In this document: one piece after another, positions 48,201 through 60,850 of the stretch | How the letters are laid out: every line of letters begins with the position of its first letter | How positions within the stretch are numbered: position 1 is the first letter of the stretch | NCBI GenBank assembly: GCA_036172245.1 | Contig: JAYWIR010000044.1 | Coordinates: 930,001 to 994,000, forward strand | Reading direction: 5' to 3' | DNA length: 64,000 nt | Source: Raillietiella orientalis | Taxonomy: Eukaryota | The notes under the pieces: model-generated | The model's input: the letters and a program-made list of their open reading frames with translations, nothing else | The model's database searches: none | What the model was told of the DNA's origin: nothing | Translations under genes and position numbers: made by a program

Positions 48201-50280
48201 GCAAGGCTTCCCTTAGGGAAATTTCGGTGTATGGTCGGTCACGAGAAAGGGGGATGTTTCATCCTTCCGTTCCGTCCCGTCAAAACCGGACCGATCTGCG
48301 AGCTGTCGTTTGTTCGCGCGGCGGTGCCTACGCTGTTTTCCGACAGTGCTGGCAAAGGAAAGGGGACGCTGTCCACCGTGTTCAGTCGTCCCTTCGAGAC
48401 TTACAGGACTCGAAGGGAAAGAGGAGGAAAAAGGGAGAGGTCAGGAAAGAATGAAAAAGGGAGTTCTTGTCGCTTTCAATCCTCCGGATGCTCGATCTGT
48501 TGTGCCGTGCGTCTTCATCTGAAGCCCGCCTTGATCCTCGCAGCCCCAGGGAGAATTTCCGAACAGTTCGAGGTGGTGCGGACGAGTTCGGGTTTCCTCC
48601 CTGTCCGCTTTGGCAGAGCGTCAGCCTCTCCTAACCGAGCTTCGATGGGGCGCTGCTGCTGCCTCGCTCTCGGTTCTGGTTTGCCCCCTTTGCAGCTGAC
48701 CCACCCGTGGTGATCTGCGCGGAAATCCCGGAAGCCGGGCAGGGGGAAAAAAAAAACAAAATCCTCTCCGTGCAAGTGGTCCGGATCCATGGGTCACACC
48801 GCTTCCTGGAGTCCGCCCTCGCTGGTGCTGATCCCGGGATGACGGAGGACATGGATTTTTTCCTCGGCGCTCGCGCTTCCGTCACTGCTGAAGCGTGGCT
48901 CAGCGAAGGTCGAATGCGATGGAGCTGGGAAGAGAGTCAGAACGGCGAACCGCGCCGGTTCTTCAGGGGAGGTCCGCATCCCCGGGGCACCAGGCGAAGC
49001 AACCAGTCCCTCCAGGACCGGAGAACACGGCTGAAGCGCCATGCGACCCCAATTTGCCTTGCATTCTCGAGCCCCTGGTGAGTCGTGGCGCACTCTCGCC
49101 TCGCTCCTCTGTCGCTCCGCGGTGCACGCAGAGCGTTCTGACTTCAGAGGCATTCTCGAGCCCCATTTCCGAGAGCGGGAACTCTTAGAAATGGGGCCTA
49201 AACAGAATTCGAAACACTCGGTACGGACCACCCTTGGGTACTCTGAAGTCTCCTCCCCTTCCACAAGAAAACGCCAAAAATTGCGTCCTGTTGTTGTCCT
49301 CGAGTACCATCACCAAATGTCTTCTCGAAGAGAAATCGTCAGATGCTGGAACCTTCCAGCAAGATGATTGGAATCGTGCCATCTCCATACAAAGTTAATC
49401 TCAGCTCAGGGGCGTACAAGTCCGACGAGCCCTGAGGTACCCGGCGTGCTCTTTAAACTGGGGCCTGCGGCCTTCCAGGAAGACGGGTTCAGGGAGTATC
49501 GCGCTTTCCTCTCCAGCCGGGTCCCGGGCGGTGGCAAAGACGGACTTGCCGACATCGATGACAAGAAGGTGAAGCGGATACTCCTCTCCCAGACTGCGGA
49601 ATCCCAAAGGCATCGGTTGCTGCCGGCCTGCTCTTTTCCTCATCCCGGACTGAGATGATGTCATCAAAAGAGACGCTGTCCCGGACGTTTTTTTGGGAAG
49701 AAAAGATGTGTTCACGTTCCAATTCAGATCCACACCGAGATCACCACGGTAACCTGCTTCCCCTGCTGCGAGCGGGCACACCGCTCAGCGATGTGGAGGA
49801 ATTCGCTCTCTCCTTCCCTTACGGAGGAAGAGCACGAACCTCTTCGTCTTTCCGGCTTCTCACGAAGACAATTCTTGAGCCGAGAAAGGTGCCAGCCAGC
49901 TTCCAGATCGCCAGCGAGTGGCGGGCGTGCCTTCAGGCGGCGGCACCCAAAGGGTTCCCGAAGGCGAAACGGGCGAAAGCCGACGAGGAACGGCTCCGCG
50001 ATTCCAAAGCACCCGGGGGTAAAATTCCCCTCAACTCGGTCCTGGTACCGGCGACGCGAGCTCCTTTTCCTTTTCAGACTTTCGGGGCCGCGCGTGCTGG
50101 TTTCCATGGCAAAAGAGTTTCGCTTGCAGCGGTGCGGACGCACTGGCGGGTCGGCGAAACCAAGAGATGCTCGATTCCTCCCTACGTGGACCCTTAGATC
50201 GCGGGCCATTCAGTATTCCAAGTTTCGTCCTCACATCTTAGAGCCAACCGGCAGACCTACTCATTGCCTATTACTCATCG
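45300..50280 (-). mobile_element. Decayed non-LTR retrotransposon (APE endonuclease + RT, possibly RTE-like), interrupted by a piggyBac insertion
   Basis: Ordered degenerate motifs: endonuclease region ~50100-49450, PED*K ~48480, QRPLSFASTVGK ~48360, RDLSKA ~48060, GVPSLIFSPFAFN ~47700; past the piggyBac, RGLGLNAA ~46200 and C-terminal segments ~45850-45400. Confidence 0.6.
46292..47584 (+). mobile_element. Internally deleted (non-autonomous) piggyBac element, 1293 bp
   Basis: Terminal inverted repeats CCCTCTATAG (46292-46301) / CTATAGAGGG (47575-47584) flanked by TCAA / TTAA; transposase N-terminal remnant (SPMTYFRKLFDDQII, NAYALQ..EQLI) fused to the C-terminal Cys-rich domain (NWP..CK..QCSKCNV..NCFMEFH); the DDD core is missing. 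Confidence 0.88.
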
Positions 50281-50599
50281 TCTAACCAATCTTCACCCCT
50301 TTATATGATTTTCAAAAATACGCACAAACTCGATTTGCATTATTATAAATATCGAAAGCTACAGATTAGTTATTCTGTTTTTATTTTAGTCTAGTTTACA
50401 GAACTTCAATGTGAATTCTCCTTACCATATTATAGAAATTAAATATTAGTAATAATCTAAAACACTTAAGGCATTCATAAGCCAAAGCATACTCTTCTAA
50501 TCTTTCAAAGACATTTCATAATATCATATTTTATATCAGTGTTCCATAAATTACCGTTAATTAATCATTGATGCAAACTGTACTCATTACATAATACAC

Positions 50600-50735
50600 A
50601 AATATCTTATATATATACATATGTATGTATAATATATACATCTATTACATATAATGTAATATATACATATTCACACATATATATTTTATCAATATAATAA
50701 TTTTTATATGTATTTATATATAATAATATAATGAA
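50600..50735. repeat. AT-rich (TA)-like low-complexity tract
   Basis: Degenerate tatatataca/tatgta repeats. Confidence 0.8.
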
Positions 50736-51149
50736 TAACTGCTTTAATAGAGTTAGATTAAATGTTATATAGCCAAAAAAATACACAAAAAAAATCCCCC
50801 ATAGCATTACGTAAATAAACAACTCAAAAAAAAATGTCTTCCAATTTTAAAAAAATGGATTCCAAGATTCAATAACTAATCATTTGCTATGCAATTTGAA
50901 TACTACTAAAGCATCAAGCTAATCAATCGATTTCAATTTCACCCGACACGAATTTCCTTTCTCCATCATTCCCTTCCTGTTCCCATCATCCCATTTACTA
51001 AACATCAGCACAAGTTTACTAAACACCGTTTACTAAACATAAGCACCAATCTCTTGAATTATCATGTAAAAAATCTGGATGTGTAGTTTAATAAAAAAAA
51101 AATGCATCGCGCTGTGGATGATTTTTTTCTTTTCTCGAGGTGCAGAAAG

Positions 51150-51420
51150 GAAAAAAATTTCTTCCTGACTGCTGCCAGCTGTCCCTCGACTCGATTACGC
51201 TGGCAACCCTGCAAGTACTTCGAAACGGAAGCCGATCGCAGGGGTGTGAAATCTCCTCCCTCCGCATAGTGAGAGCAAAGGATGCGGACGATGTCCACCA
51301 GGTGGATCCTAGTCGCTTCAGTGTTACCAGGAGGGTGCTGGTGGTGGATTTTGCCCGGATGCCTCTGGTCTACCGATGGACCCCTGATGCATTTTCAGAC
51401 CAGGTGCCTCCGCTGTAGCG
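51150..51420 (-). mobile_element. Possible fragment of a restriction-like-endonuclease (R2/NeSL-type) retroelement
   Basis: RIHLVDIVRIL..GDFTPLRSASVSKY loosely resembles the IIDV..F..AR..K..KY REL motif. Confidence 0.2.
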
Positions 51421-51899
51421 GCACATGAGTCTAAGCCCCGAAGCGTCAATGATGTCTCCAGCGCCACTCCCTAAGGACAGAGGCTAAAGGAGGGAAGGGG
51501 AAACGTAGACAGCACTTTCACGTTTCTCGAAATAGGTAGGTGACTTATTTCACTAGAAGACCAAACAAGCAAGGGTGCTGCACCGAAGGAACACAAGGGT
51601 GCCCCAAGTCGAACCTCTTCGAAGCCAGCCGTGACTGCAGCACGATCCTCAGAGTCCTCTATGTGCTCGTCCTGTAACTACCGCCATTCTCAGCTCATCG
51701 CCGTCACCCCCGACCAAGTTTCTGGTCTCATTACCGAGAGCCAAGTTCGAGAGAACAGTCGCGAAGTTTCCTAATAATAATAATAATACTGACGATAACA
51801 GTAAAGATGATGTGACGATGATCTCCAGTGTTCGATGCACATAATATAGTCAATACAAATCGAGTTTATGCGTGTTGTTAAACACCAGATAAACGTGGC

Positions 51900-54150
51900 A
51901 AAGACTGGTTGGCTACATTCCTTGCGATGGGTAGGCTAGGCAATGTCTTCCGGTTGCCTCCAGGAATTGAAGGCCGTCAAAAGGGGTGCTGCAGGGTCGA
52001 TTCCGAGCAGTCCGTCTGGGTGGAAAAATTCCCGAGGAATCGTAAACGACAAGGACTTACCGAGGGATCGCAAGGGTGTTTTGTCCCCTTTTTAAAAATC
52101 CTGATGGGGTCTTCTCGGCGGCTGAAACGAATCAGGGAGGGAACAATACGAGTACTTCTGAGCACAGTTACCCGTGTACTCAAGGGAAGGCGCACACGGA
52201 GTCTCTGTTTCCCTTCGACAGACGAAGAGGAGATTCTCATGCGGACATGGCGGCGCCCGAGGCCAAAAAAAAAAGCCTCCGACACGGAAAAAGTCCAAGC
52301 GCGCGCTGCTGCGCCTGTGGAGACGTCGATCCATCGAAGGTTCCGGATTTCCTGCAGAGGGCAGCATCACGCTGCCCTCATGCAGCACCTACTTGACTCT
52401 CGGTACCGACCCGATGCGAATCCTCGAGGCGGCAGATCATGCCGGAGTCATCCCAGAAGGTTTCCCGGATGGTCCCAGCAGCGAGCGATGTGGCGTCGAC
52501 TTGCCTCCTTCGGTTTGAGAGAGCCCGTGGGAGAAAACTCGGACGCGTGATGTTTCGGGTTAAATTTCGGCCCACACACTCCCACCCGCGTCTTGTCTGC
52601 GTCACGTCACGTCACGTGAACCGGAACCCGCGCGGCACGCGGGTCGTACCGACTGGTTTGCCCCGCACGAACTCCAGGTTGACACGCAACGGGCACCGGC
52701 AAGGTTTCGGGTGGAGAGCAACGCGCTCGTGTGGCCTCACCACCCCGCCATCCGCCATACAGGCGAGCGGCCCGCGTGCGGAGTGCAGACCTTTTCTTTG
52801 CCGCAGGGCATTCGAGGTTGCGGTCAAATGATCAAATCCGAGACCGATGCATTCGCAGCTTCCGGAGCTATTCCCTCGAGGAGGCAAGATTCTGGAGTCC
52901 CGAAAGCTCCCACAGGGCGACCCGACGGAAGTTTTGTTCCATTTCGAGAGACGCGGCTCTGTCGTGAGAGAGTTTCAGGCACGGTTTTCCATCGCGTCTC
53001 CAGGCGACGGCATGCCGTGACCATTCTCAGCAACACTTGCAGCGGAGATTCGTCTCCCTTCGCTACTGCTGGGCAGCAGTGCAGCAACTAGATGGCGAGC
53101 GGCAACTCCTCAGCTATCTGATGGCGGAGGGTGGAAAAAACAGAACAACATCGCGGTGGCCCGCTCTGCCTTCTTGCCCTACGGCGTGGTAGTTCATCAG
53201 TGGCCCAAGATGATGATGGTGAGGAAGAAGATTATTATTGCTACAACGAAGCTGTGGATGAAGAGGTTGCAGATGAAGATGATGGCGATGATGACGAGAA
53301 GGAGGAGGAGGAGGAGAATAAGAAGGAAAAGGCACATCAAAAGCAGCCGGAAGGAGAGCGGTGACAACGTCGGCAGCAGCAGCAGCGGCAGCAGATGGAG
53401 CAGCTGGAGGAAGAAGAGAGTCAGAGGAAGCAGCCAGAAGAAATCACAATTTGTTGACCTGATAAGATTGTTGGATTTGATATTTGGTTGACCTTCAGTT
53501 TTATTGACCCAATGCCTCCTTGACCCGACACTTCTTCCATATGACTCTTCCTTGATCCAATTCTTTATTGACTTGATGCTTTCTTGACCCCATGTTTCAT
53601 TCACTGCGTTTTCAGGAACTTTCTGGAGAAGGTTCACCACCAAATCAGGTGATCCTAGGTTGCGATCGAATCATTTCCCAGACACTGGTTATGTGGCAAC
53701 CGCGCTGATGCATCCGGTACGTCTCCTGGCGCAGCCGCGTTACGTGGCTTCAGGCGGAGACAGCCGCTTGCACAAAGCCCCTCCTCCAAACACAAGGGCT
53801 GAGGCCACTGGATGGTGCCGTGGAATGCCCTCCAGCACCGAGTGGACCACGTCCGATGTTCCCATCTGTGGAACGGAAGGATTCTTGAAGCGCACGCTTC
53901 CGTAGTTGCGGATCTTTGGATGGCACCGTCGATTCCATCTGCGAGTGGGCGCCTCAGCCCCGCGGGCCTCATCCGGATGATGCATGTCGGGTTCTATGGA
54001 CCATCACCGGGTGTACCCCAGGGCGGTTACGATATCCCTCGACGCTCGTCCCCCTTCCTCGCGAGCTGTCTCGAGCGGCGCGGGAGGACGTGCAGGCTCA
54101 CCCTCGTCCAGCAGTCCTCACAGAGAAAGTCTGGAGAGGAGGACGCCGTT
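51900..54150 (+). mobile_element. Decayed Ty3/Gypsy relic (RT N-terminus, RNase H end, integrase), interrupted by low-complexity DNA at ~53100-53640
   Basis: HPAIRHTGERP..LPQG..IKSETDAFAASGAIPS..RPDGSF (RT N-terminus, 52735-52960); HFPDTGYVATAL (~53670); IRMMHVGFYGPSP (integrase core start, ~53970). Confidence 0.6.
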
Positions 54151-54164
54151 TAGCTTCTGCTCTC

Positions 54165-54485
54165 TGAAACGGGAGGAAGGGAAGCGCACGGCACTCTTGG
54201 AAGGAGGAGGAAAACATGAAAACGACGGGAGCCATGACGGAGTCAAAGAAAAAGATGACAAAGGGAACGTGAAGAATAAGAAAAGAAAGCAGAGGAAGGG
54301 AGGAGGAAGAAGGAGGGGAAGGAAGGAAAAACAAGAGGAAGAAGAAGGAAAGATGAGTAAGGAGGAGGAGTAAGGAAGAGGAAGGAGGAGGAAGAGGGGG
54401 AGGAAGGAAAAAAGGAAGAAGGGAAGAGGAGGAAGAAGGGAGGAAGAGAAGACCAAGAGCACCAATGAGAAGGAGAAAAAGAGAT
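54165..54485. repeat. Polypurine (GGA/GAA/AGG) low-complexity tract; similar acidic-codon-like tract at 53200-53430
   Basis: Nearly pure A/G on the + strand for ~320 bp. Confidence 0.9.
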
Positions 54486-55149
54486 GATCGCTGCCCTGGA
54501 GACGATGGCTGCCAGCGACTGATCTTCTGAAGCGACTTCCTCTCGTGGATTTCCACGGGAGCGGCAGCGAATCTCCCAGCGGGAAGCAGGGAGGTGGACG
54601 AACTTGATAAACGTTGCGTTCGCTCCTTCTGCGCGAAGTCGAAATCCGAACGTAGCATCCGCTCCATCCAGGATGCCAATAGGAGGCGCTGTAGTAGTGC
54701 TGTTGTCCGCTAGCAGACTCTTGTGATGGAAACTTTGGGCGTCCAGGATGCTCCGGCTGGAGCCGCTGGAGTCTCCTCAGCAGAGTCCTCCGCTTCCTGG
54801 ATCGCTGCTGGTCGCCCTCGAGGCGAAAGCACAATCGCGCTCTGTTTCCTCTTCTCCTCGGACTGCTGAGACAGGCGGCGGCCGAGTGGGTGTTTGGCAG
54901 CGGAAGAGTCTGCGAGACGGCGACCTCGACCCGAGATCCAGGACGGAGGAAGGGAGAGAATGAGGGGGGGAGTTCCTAGGGGGTGGCCGAGGCGTGGCTT
55001 CCTCCTGCAGGTCCCTTCCTTCCCTTCCCCGCTCCCAGAGGGTCTGTCCTCCAGCCGGACCTCCCAAACGCGACCCAGGGAGCACGACGAGGGCGGCGGG
55101 CAGGTGGGCGAACCCGGAAGAAGAAGAAGACCAGAGCGACGCCACTGCT

Positions 55150-58100
55150 TTACTGGCGGAGGAGGAAGTTCTTCCAGTCTCTCATTGGCTCGGTGGCGAC
55201 GCTGCGGGAGCTGCCTCCGCAGCCGCGGAGGAGGACGATGGTGCCAACGAGGAGGAACTGCGAGGGCGGCAGCAGGCGGCACAGTGCCGTCGTCGAGGCG
55301 ACCGAGGCGACCGGCAGCAGCAGCAGCAGCCGCAGCAGCAGCTGGCGGTCGCCGTCGGGTCGCCCTCCTCGCCTCGGGGCGTGGTTGGAGACTCCGCTCT
55401 GGTGAATGGCGGCCGCCGCGTCGCCGGCTGGTGGCAGAGAGAAACACCGTCGGGGAGGGAGGTCAGCAACGTGACCACCGCGCGCGCGCGCCAGAGGTGG
55501 CGGCAGCGATCCGCCCCGTCCGGCCTCACCTTGGATGACGTGCAGTGCGACGGTGGCGGCTCCGGGAGTGGGCGGCCTGCACGTGTAGTTGCCGCCGTCC
55601 TCCTGGCGCACGCGCGCGATTTCCAGCACGGACACCAGAATGTCCTCGGTAACCCTCTCCTCTCGCACTCTGATCCGCGGATTCCGGTCGCTGTCCACGG
55701 GCTGGAACTGGTGGTACCAGAAGGCGTGAACGGTGTCCTCCCGCAGGCCGGAGATCTGGCATTGGAAGCTCACGGTGCTGCCGGACACCACGATGACGTC
55801 CTTCTTGTTGAGGATGTCGACCGTGGGAACTGCGGAGACAGAAGCAGAGGGTTCAGGCGCGCGCTCACCTTCACGCACGAGGGGGCGGGAGAAGCAAAAG
55901 AGGGAAAATGCCGTCCGCGGAATACGAGAGCACCCTGCGGCGTCCAGGTTACGTGTGATGGGAACTGTCAGGAATCACCTGCGCGACGGCGTGCCATGGG
56001 TCAGGTCAAACAAAAGCAGCAGATCCTGCCACATCTTCCCAATCGCGCGGTTCTGAGCATAGGGTCCAGAGCAAGGACCCGCTTTGCCATGACAACAGAA
56101 GTCTTGCCCTCCTGCGCGAGATCTCTCCGGAGGCCTGCAGAGGCGGCCAGTCAAGCCATCCGAACCGGTAGAAGCTACCAGGGTCGCATGGACGCGTGCC
56201 TCAGACTCTGTGTGCGTGCGTCTGTGTGTGTGTGTGGGAGGGAGTTCGATTCCTTGCGCGAGAGAACGGGCCGCGGCTCGCGACGCCCGCAGCCGTCGCA
56301 CGCGCGCTCCGCGACTGCCCTGGTTACCACACGTACCTGAGCGTGCGCTTCCGTAGTCAAGGCATCCGCTTCTCTCAAGCCTCCTACCCTCCGCAGCGCG
56401 ATCGCGGGGTGCAAAGCCAACAGCGAGCCCCTCGACCCGTGATGAGGCACGAATCTGCGCGCCGGCAGTGTGCGAGCGAACAAGTGGGCGAGAGAATGGG
56501 AGCGCCGCCAACGAATGCACTCACAAGTGGACAGAAGGATGCATGAAGGGATAGTTAAAAGCAGGAATGAACAGGTGGATAAATGGATGGACAAATGAAT
56601 GGCTGGATAATAGGATGAACGAATGAATAGACAATTATATGAAAGCAGAGATGAATGGCCGGATAAGTGTATGAACGGATGAATGGAGGGATACATGAAT
56701 GGGCGAATGAATGGAGAGGTAGATGAAAGCAGGAATGAATGGATGGGTGAGTGGATGGATGAATGGATGGTGGAATGTGTGAGCTGCGGATAAAGCCGGG
56801 TGGGAGAATGGCACCCACTGAATGGTGGACTGGTCGGCTCTCTTGTCCTCCGCGGCCTCGTCCACTGGTTCCGGGAGTTCCCTGGTGTACGAGAAGACGC
56901 GGTCTTCTCTGAGGGAGCTGGAGGTTCTGAACATCCTTGGCGCGGCTACGGCAGCTGCGAAGACGCACAGCTGATGGAGACAGCGGTGGAGGAAGGGTAG
57001 AGTGGTGGCGAGGAGATGGCGCTCGTGCGTGCCACGCAGATCGCTCGCGACGGCGGTAGCCGGCGCCTAGCCTGCGGGGGCGGACGCGCGAACCCTCACC
57101 TCTCACGTTAAGCGTGATGGACCTGCTCAGCTTGGACGGGCTGGAGATCTGGCACTCGTAGACACCGCTGTCCTCCTTCGTAACGAACCGGATGTGCAGT
57201 GTCCAGTTGCTCCAGTCGGGACTTCGGTGTACTTGGAAACGGTTATCATAGATGAAGGTAGTAGTGTCGGCCGAGATGATGTAGGCGTCCCTCTGCCGTA
57301 TCCACGTCACCTGGAAGGCCAGTGGCGCGTTGAGTCCAAGTTGCCGCTGCCGCGCTCGGGACGGATGGCATGAGGTGAGAGATGAAGGGAGGACGGCCCG
57401 CCCACCGGGGTTTGCGAGAGAAGCCGCAAGCAAGAAGGCGCGCTCGAAGGTCCCTGAAAGACCAGCGGGCGTGAGGGCAGCTCGGCTGTAGCGCCCATCC
57501 CTTCGCGGGCACGCGAGGAACGGCAAGATGGTGGCATTCATGATGGCGACATCGACGTTGGCGGGGCGATCTTATTACTGATTTTGATGACGATGATAGT
57601 GACTGTGGAGATTTTGGAAGCCATGACGGCGGCTTCATTGCAAAAATATGGCGCGATGTTGATGATCAGCGTGGCGAACGTGGTGGCGCTGACCAGGACG
57701 GCGGACACGAGTTCGCCGGCGGCGGCGGTGGGGGCGATGAAGTGGCCAAGGCGGCGACGATTCCGGACGGTGGCGGCGAACGTGGCAACGGTGGTGATGA
57801 TGAAGAGGAATGCGAGAGGAAGAAAGGGAGGGAGGAAGTGATGATGACAGTGGATGAAGATATTAAAGCCTGAGGGGTTGCTGCCTTTGATCAGGGGGAC
57901 TACTGCTTCCGGTTGCCTTCCGAAAGACCGGCAAGATACGGCGGAGGAAGAAATTCGAAGACGGCCTCCTGGGCAGGCGCCCTCCTCCGCGCGGCCCCGT
58001 CCGAGCGGGCGAGCCATGCCCGGAACAGCGCGTTCTGACCTCTTCAGAAGCCTAGAGGCGCCATCCTACTGTTGTCCCGAGAGGGGGGCCTTTGCCTTGA

Positions 58101-58468
58101 GACAGGGGGTTCTCTGCAAGCCGCGATCGTAAAACGAGCGCAAGGAATGCCCCGCTGAACCGGAGGGATGCAGCCCAGAGCCCCTAGCAGCGTTTCCGGC
58201 AAGGTGGACTGCTTCGCCTCGGCGGGCTTGGACGGACTCGCTCTCTGTTTCCCGCTGCGCGGCAGGAGTCCTGCCGGTCTCACCGTCCTGTTGCCGACGT
58301 TCCTGATCCCGCAGACCAGGTAGGCGTCCTTCCCGAAGGGGTACGTCACGTTCGACGGAAATCCGGCCACAAACTCCGGAGTCCTGCGGCCGTCCTCCGC
58401 CAGGGCGCGCGCGTCACCGCCGATGCCTTCCTCGTCCTTCCTGTCCGCATCTTCCTCCAGGGAAAACT
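55150..58468 (-). CDS. Dpr (defective proboscis extension response)-family two-Ig cell-surface protein; exons 58468-58284, 57310-57100, 55829-55530, 55427-55150; signal-peptide exon not located
   Basis: PEF..SNVT..GKDAYLVCGIRNVGNRT|VTWIRQRDAYIISADTTTFIYDNRF..WTLHIRFVTKEDSGVYECQIS..LNVR|VPTVDIL..GSTVSFQC..FWYH..DGGNYTCRP..ATVALHVIQ|AGDAAAAIHQ plus a hydrophobic tail; splice phases consistent. Confidence 0.9.
56560..56775. repeat. Degenerate (GAAT/GGAT)n tetranucleotide satellite in the Dpr intron
   Basis: Repeated gaatggat/gaatgaat units. Confidence 0.85.
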
Positions 58469-59149
58469 CTGGAAGTTTCAGGCGACGTGAGCAGAAAAAA
58501 AGCAGGACTCGATTGCTGCCGGATGGGTGCGAAAAAAAAAAAAAAAAAATCGCCGGGGACGAGCGTGCATTCGGCCGCGCGCCCCTCGTGAGCGGGAGAG
58601 CTGCGCCGCGCCTCGTCGGCACCTCTGAGGACGGCAGCGGGCCCCAGGGCGTTCCGCGGAGGGCCGACGTCCGGAGCGCGCAAACGGGACGGCGGCGGCT
58701 GCGCTCTCGCGCGCCCTCAACGGCGGTAAAAATTTGCTCTTCGGTGGCCCGCGGATGCAACTTCTGCCTTCCCAGAGATCGCTCGGATCTCTGGTAAAGT
58801 GGAAGAGGGGAGAGGAAAAGGGGGGGGAGTGAGGGAGAAGTAGCTATAGCTACAGCGCAGGACGCCCTGCGGCGAGCAGAGGACTTCCTCAGAGGTGAGG
58901 GCTTCCAGGAGACGGAAGCAGAAGATCAAAGAGTCCCGGATGCTGGAGAACTGGAAGTGCTCAGGACTCTTGGAAATCCCCGAGCATCCAAGAGAACTAA
59001 GCAGCCCACAAAGCCGTTTCTACACGCCCAACTGATCGCCGCGGGCAAATGGAGTTCGTTGTGCACGAGTTGAGATTGATGTAGCCATCCCGAGGACCGA
59101 TTCATATAATTTGACTTTTTTGCACGCATGAAGAAATCGTTGCACACGT

Positions 59150-60850
59150 CTAGAAATCGTCGCTTATTCTTAACACTCGCTGTGCATGATTAAACATTTC
59201 GTCCCATGTCTTGGAAATTTCTGCACACGCCTAGAAGCGATTGCTTGCACCCAAAATTCATTGAATCTCCTTTCACACGGTCGGTTAGAGGCGCTGTACA
59301 ATATCACATGTTATTGTACATATCAAGAAATCGTTGCGGATGTCTCGGAACCATCGCGTATTCCTCGATGCGAATGTACGGATGGAACTTTGTTCCAAAC
59401 CTTTCAGGAAACAGTCGTGCATTGTTGCAGTCATTGTTGGGAGCAGCTGGCAATGGCCCCACATTGTCGGGATCTTCGCGCATTGTTGGAGGGAGGCTTC
59501 GATGACACGTGCCTAAAAATCGCCGCAGTTGTGGAATTTCCGGCACGCATCAACAGGTCGCTGCGCGCACTTGTAGCGCTGGTACACTGCAGGGCAGCTT
59601 CCGTCCCTCTTTCCAGATGTAACTCGACGGTCTCACTGAGGCTGCCGGAGCGACTCTGGGTCAGATGGTGCCTGATGAAGGGAACCAGAAGGTCGTGACC
59701 TTCTGGTTCCCGCCGTCGATCTTACACCACGCAGTTCCGGACAAGGGATTGACCCACCTCTTCCCCCTCCCCTTCCCCCGCTCCTCGTGCCTCGAGGATA
59801 TCCGGCGCCAGGTCTTTCGCGCAGCTGCAAGGGAAGCCGATGCCATGGAAACAGTCGGCAGCTCGCTGAGCCAGAGCATCCCTTGACAGTCAGTGCGAAG
59901 TGCGCGCGCGCACGCCTACCTAGTTGTTGCTATCGGGTTCCGTGACTCGTGCTGTGCGTCGGCACTGACCTTTTTCCCGGAAAGTTCAGCTTCCCCGTTA
60001 CGACTCGCCACTCCTTTCTGCGTGACGGGAAGTACCGCCAACGCCTTCCTCCTCCTCTGGGACTTCTATTCCGTTCTCCGGGATCACTTCCGCTGCGGAC
60101 CCCCTTGCGAGATTCGCCACGCCCTTCTCCTCCCCACGGCGCATCAGTCTGTGCTCGTCTCGAGTTTCCACATGGGATCGCTCGAAAGCGGACCTCCTGG
60201 TCCGCGCGCTCCCAACTCACCGGGCAGTGGAGGGTCGATAAGTGCCTCCCTCCTTCCCTCTGCCACTGTCCAAAGGATCAGTGGCGTAGCAGCGGGGAAA
60301 AGTTGGCTCCGAGATGAGCCGAGATGCACCAGCCGCTCACCTTGCGTGGCGAGCTGGGCTGGGAAGCAGAAGGCAGCCGGAACCAATGAATTCCTCGGTC
60401 TCGCCAGCTATTTCCCCAAGAAGCACCGTGGGAAGCTGTGAAGCAGCAGACCTGGAAATGCTCGCGAGATAGCCCGGGGTTTCTCATGAAGAGGTCGTCG
60501 CATATCAAAGTTCATCCCAAAGCCTCAGAGAACTTCTTTCTTGATGATCACGTGAAAGGCTGGATTCGGCAAAGTCCGAATCTCGGCTCCTTGCCGAAGT
60601 GGCTTCCATCTGGTGCGCTTCCGGAATATTCGACTAAAGCTCTCAATAACTCGAGATCTTTGAATGTCCGGCATCCCTGTCCGGGAGAGAATGGACAACA
60701 TATCCAAGAACGAAGCCAAAGAATGAAGAAAAAAAATTCAAGAATGGAGTCGAAGAATGGACAAAGAACCAAGCAGCTAGCGTCAAAGAGAGAATAGTGT
60801 CGAAGCGGCAGCCGCTGGAGAAAGAATACTTTCAACCCACGCACTTAATG
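59150..60850 (+). mobile_element. Decayed Ty3/Gypsy pol fragment (PR-RT-connection)
   Basis: NQKVVTFWFPP..KGLT (~59685), AYLVVAIGF at the YLDD position (~59915), EFLGLASYF (~60390), ENFF..VKGWIRQSPNL (~60530). Confidence 0.55.

Noticed and set aside
53131..54834. Acidic, Leu/Phe-rich and Lys/Glu-rich ORFs
   Set aside because: Translations of simple-sequence polypurine tracts.
54994..56340. 448-aa + strand ORF
   Set aside because: Antisense to GC3-rich Dpr exons; no domain content.
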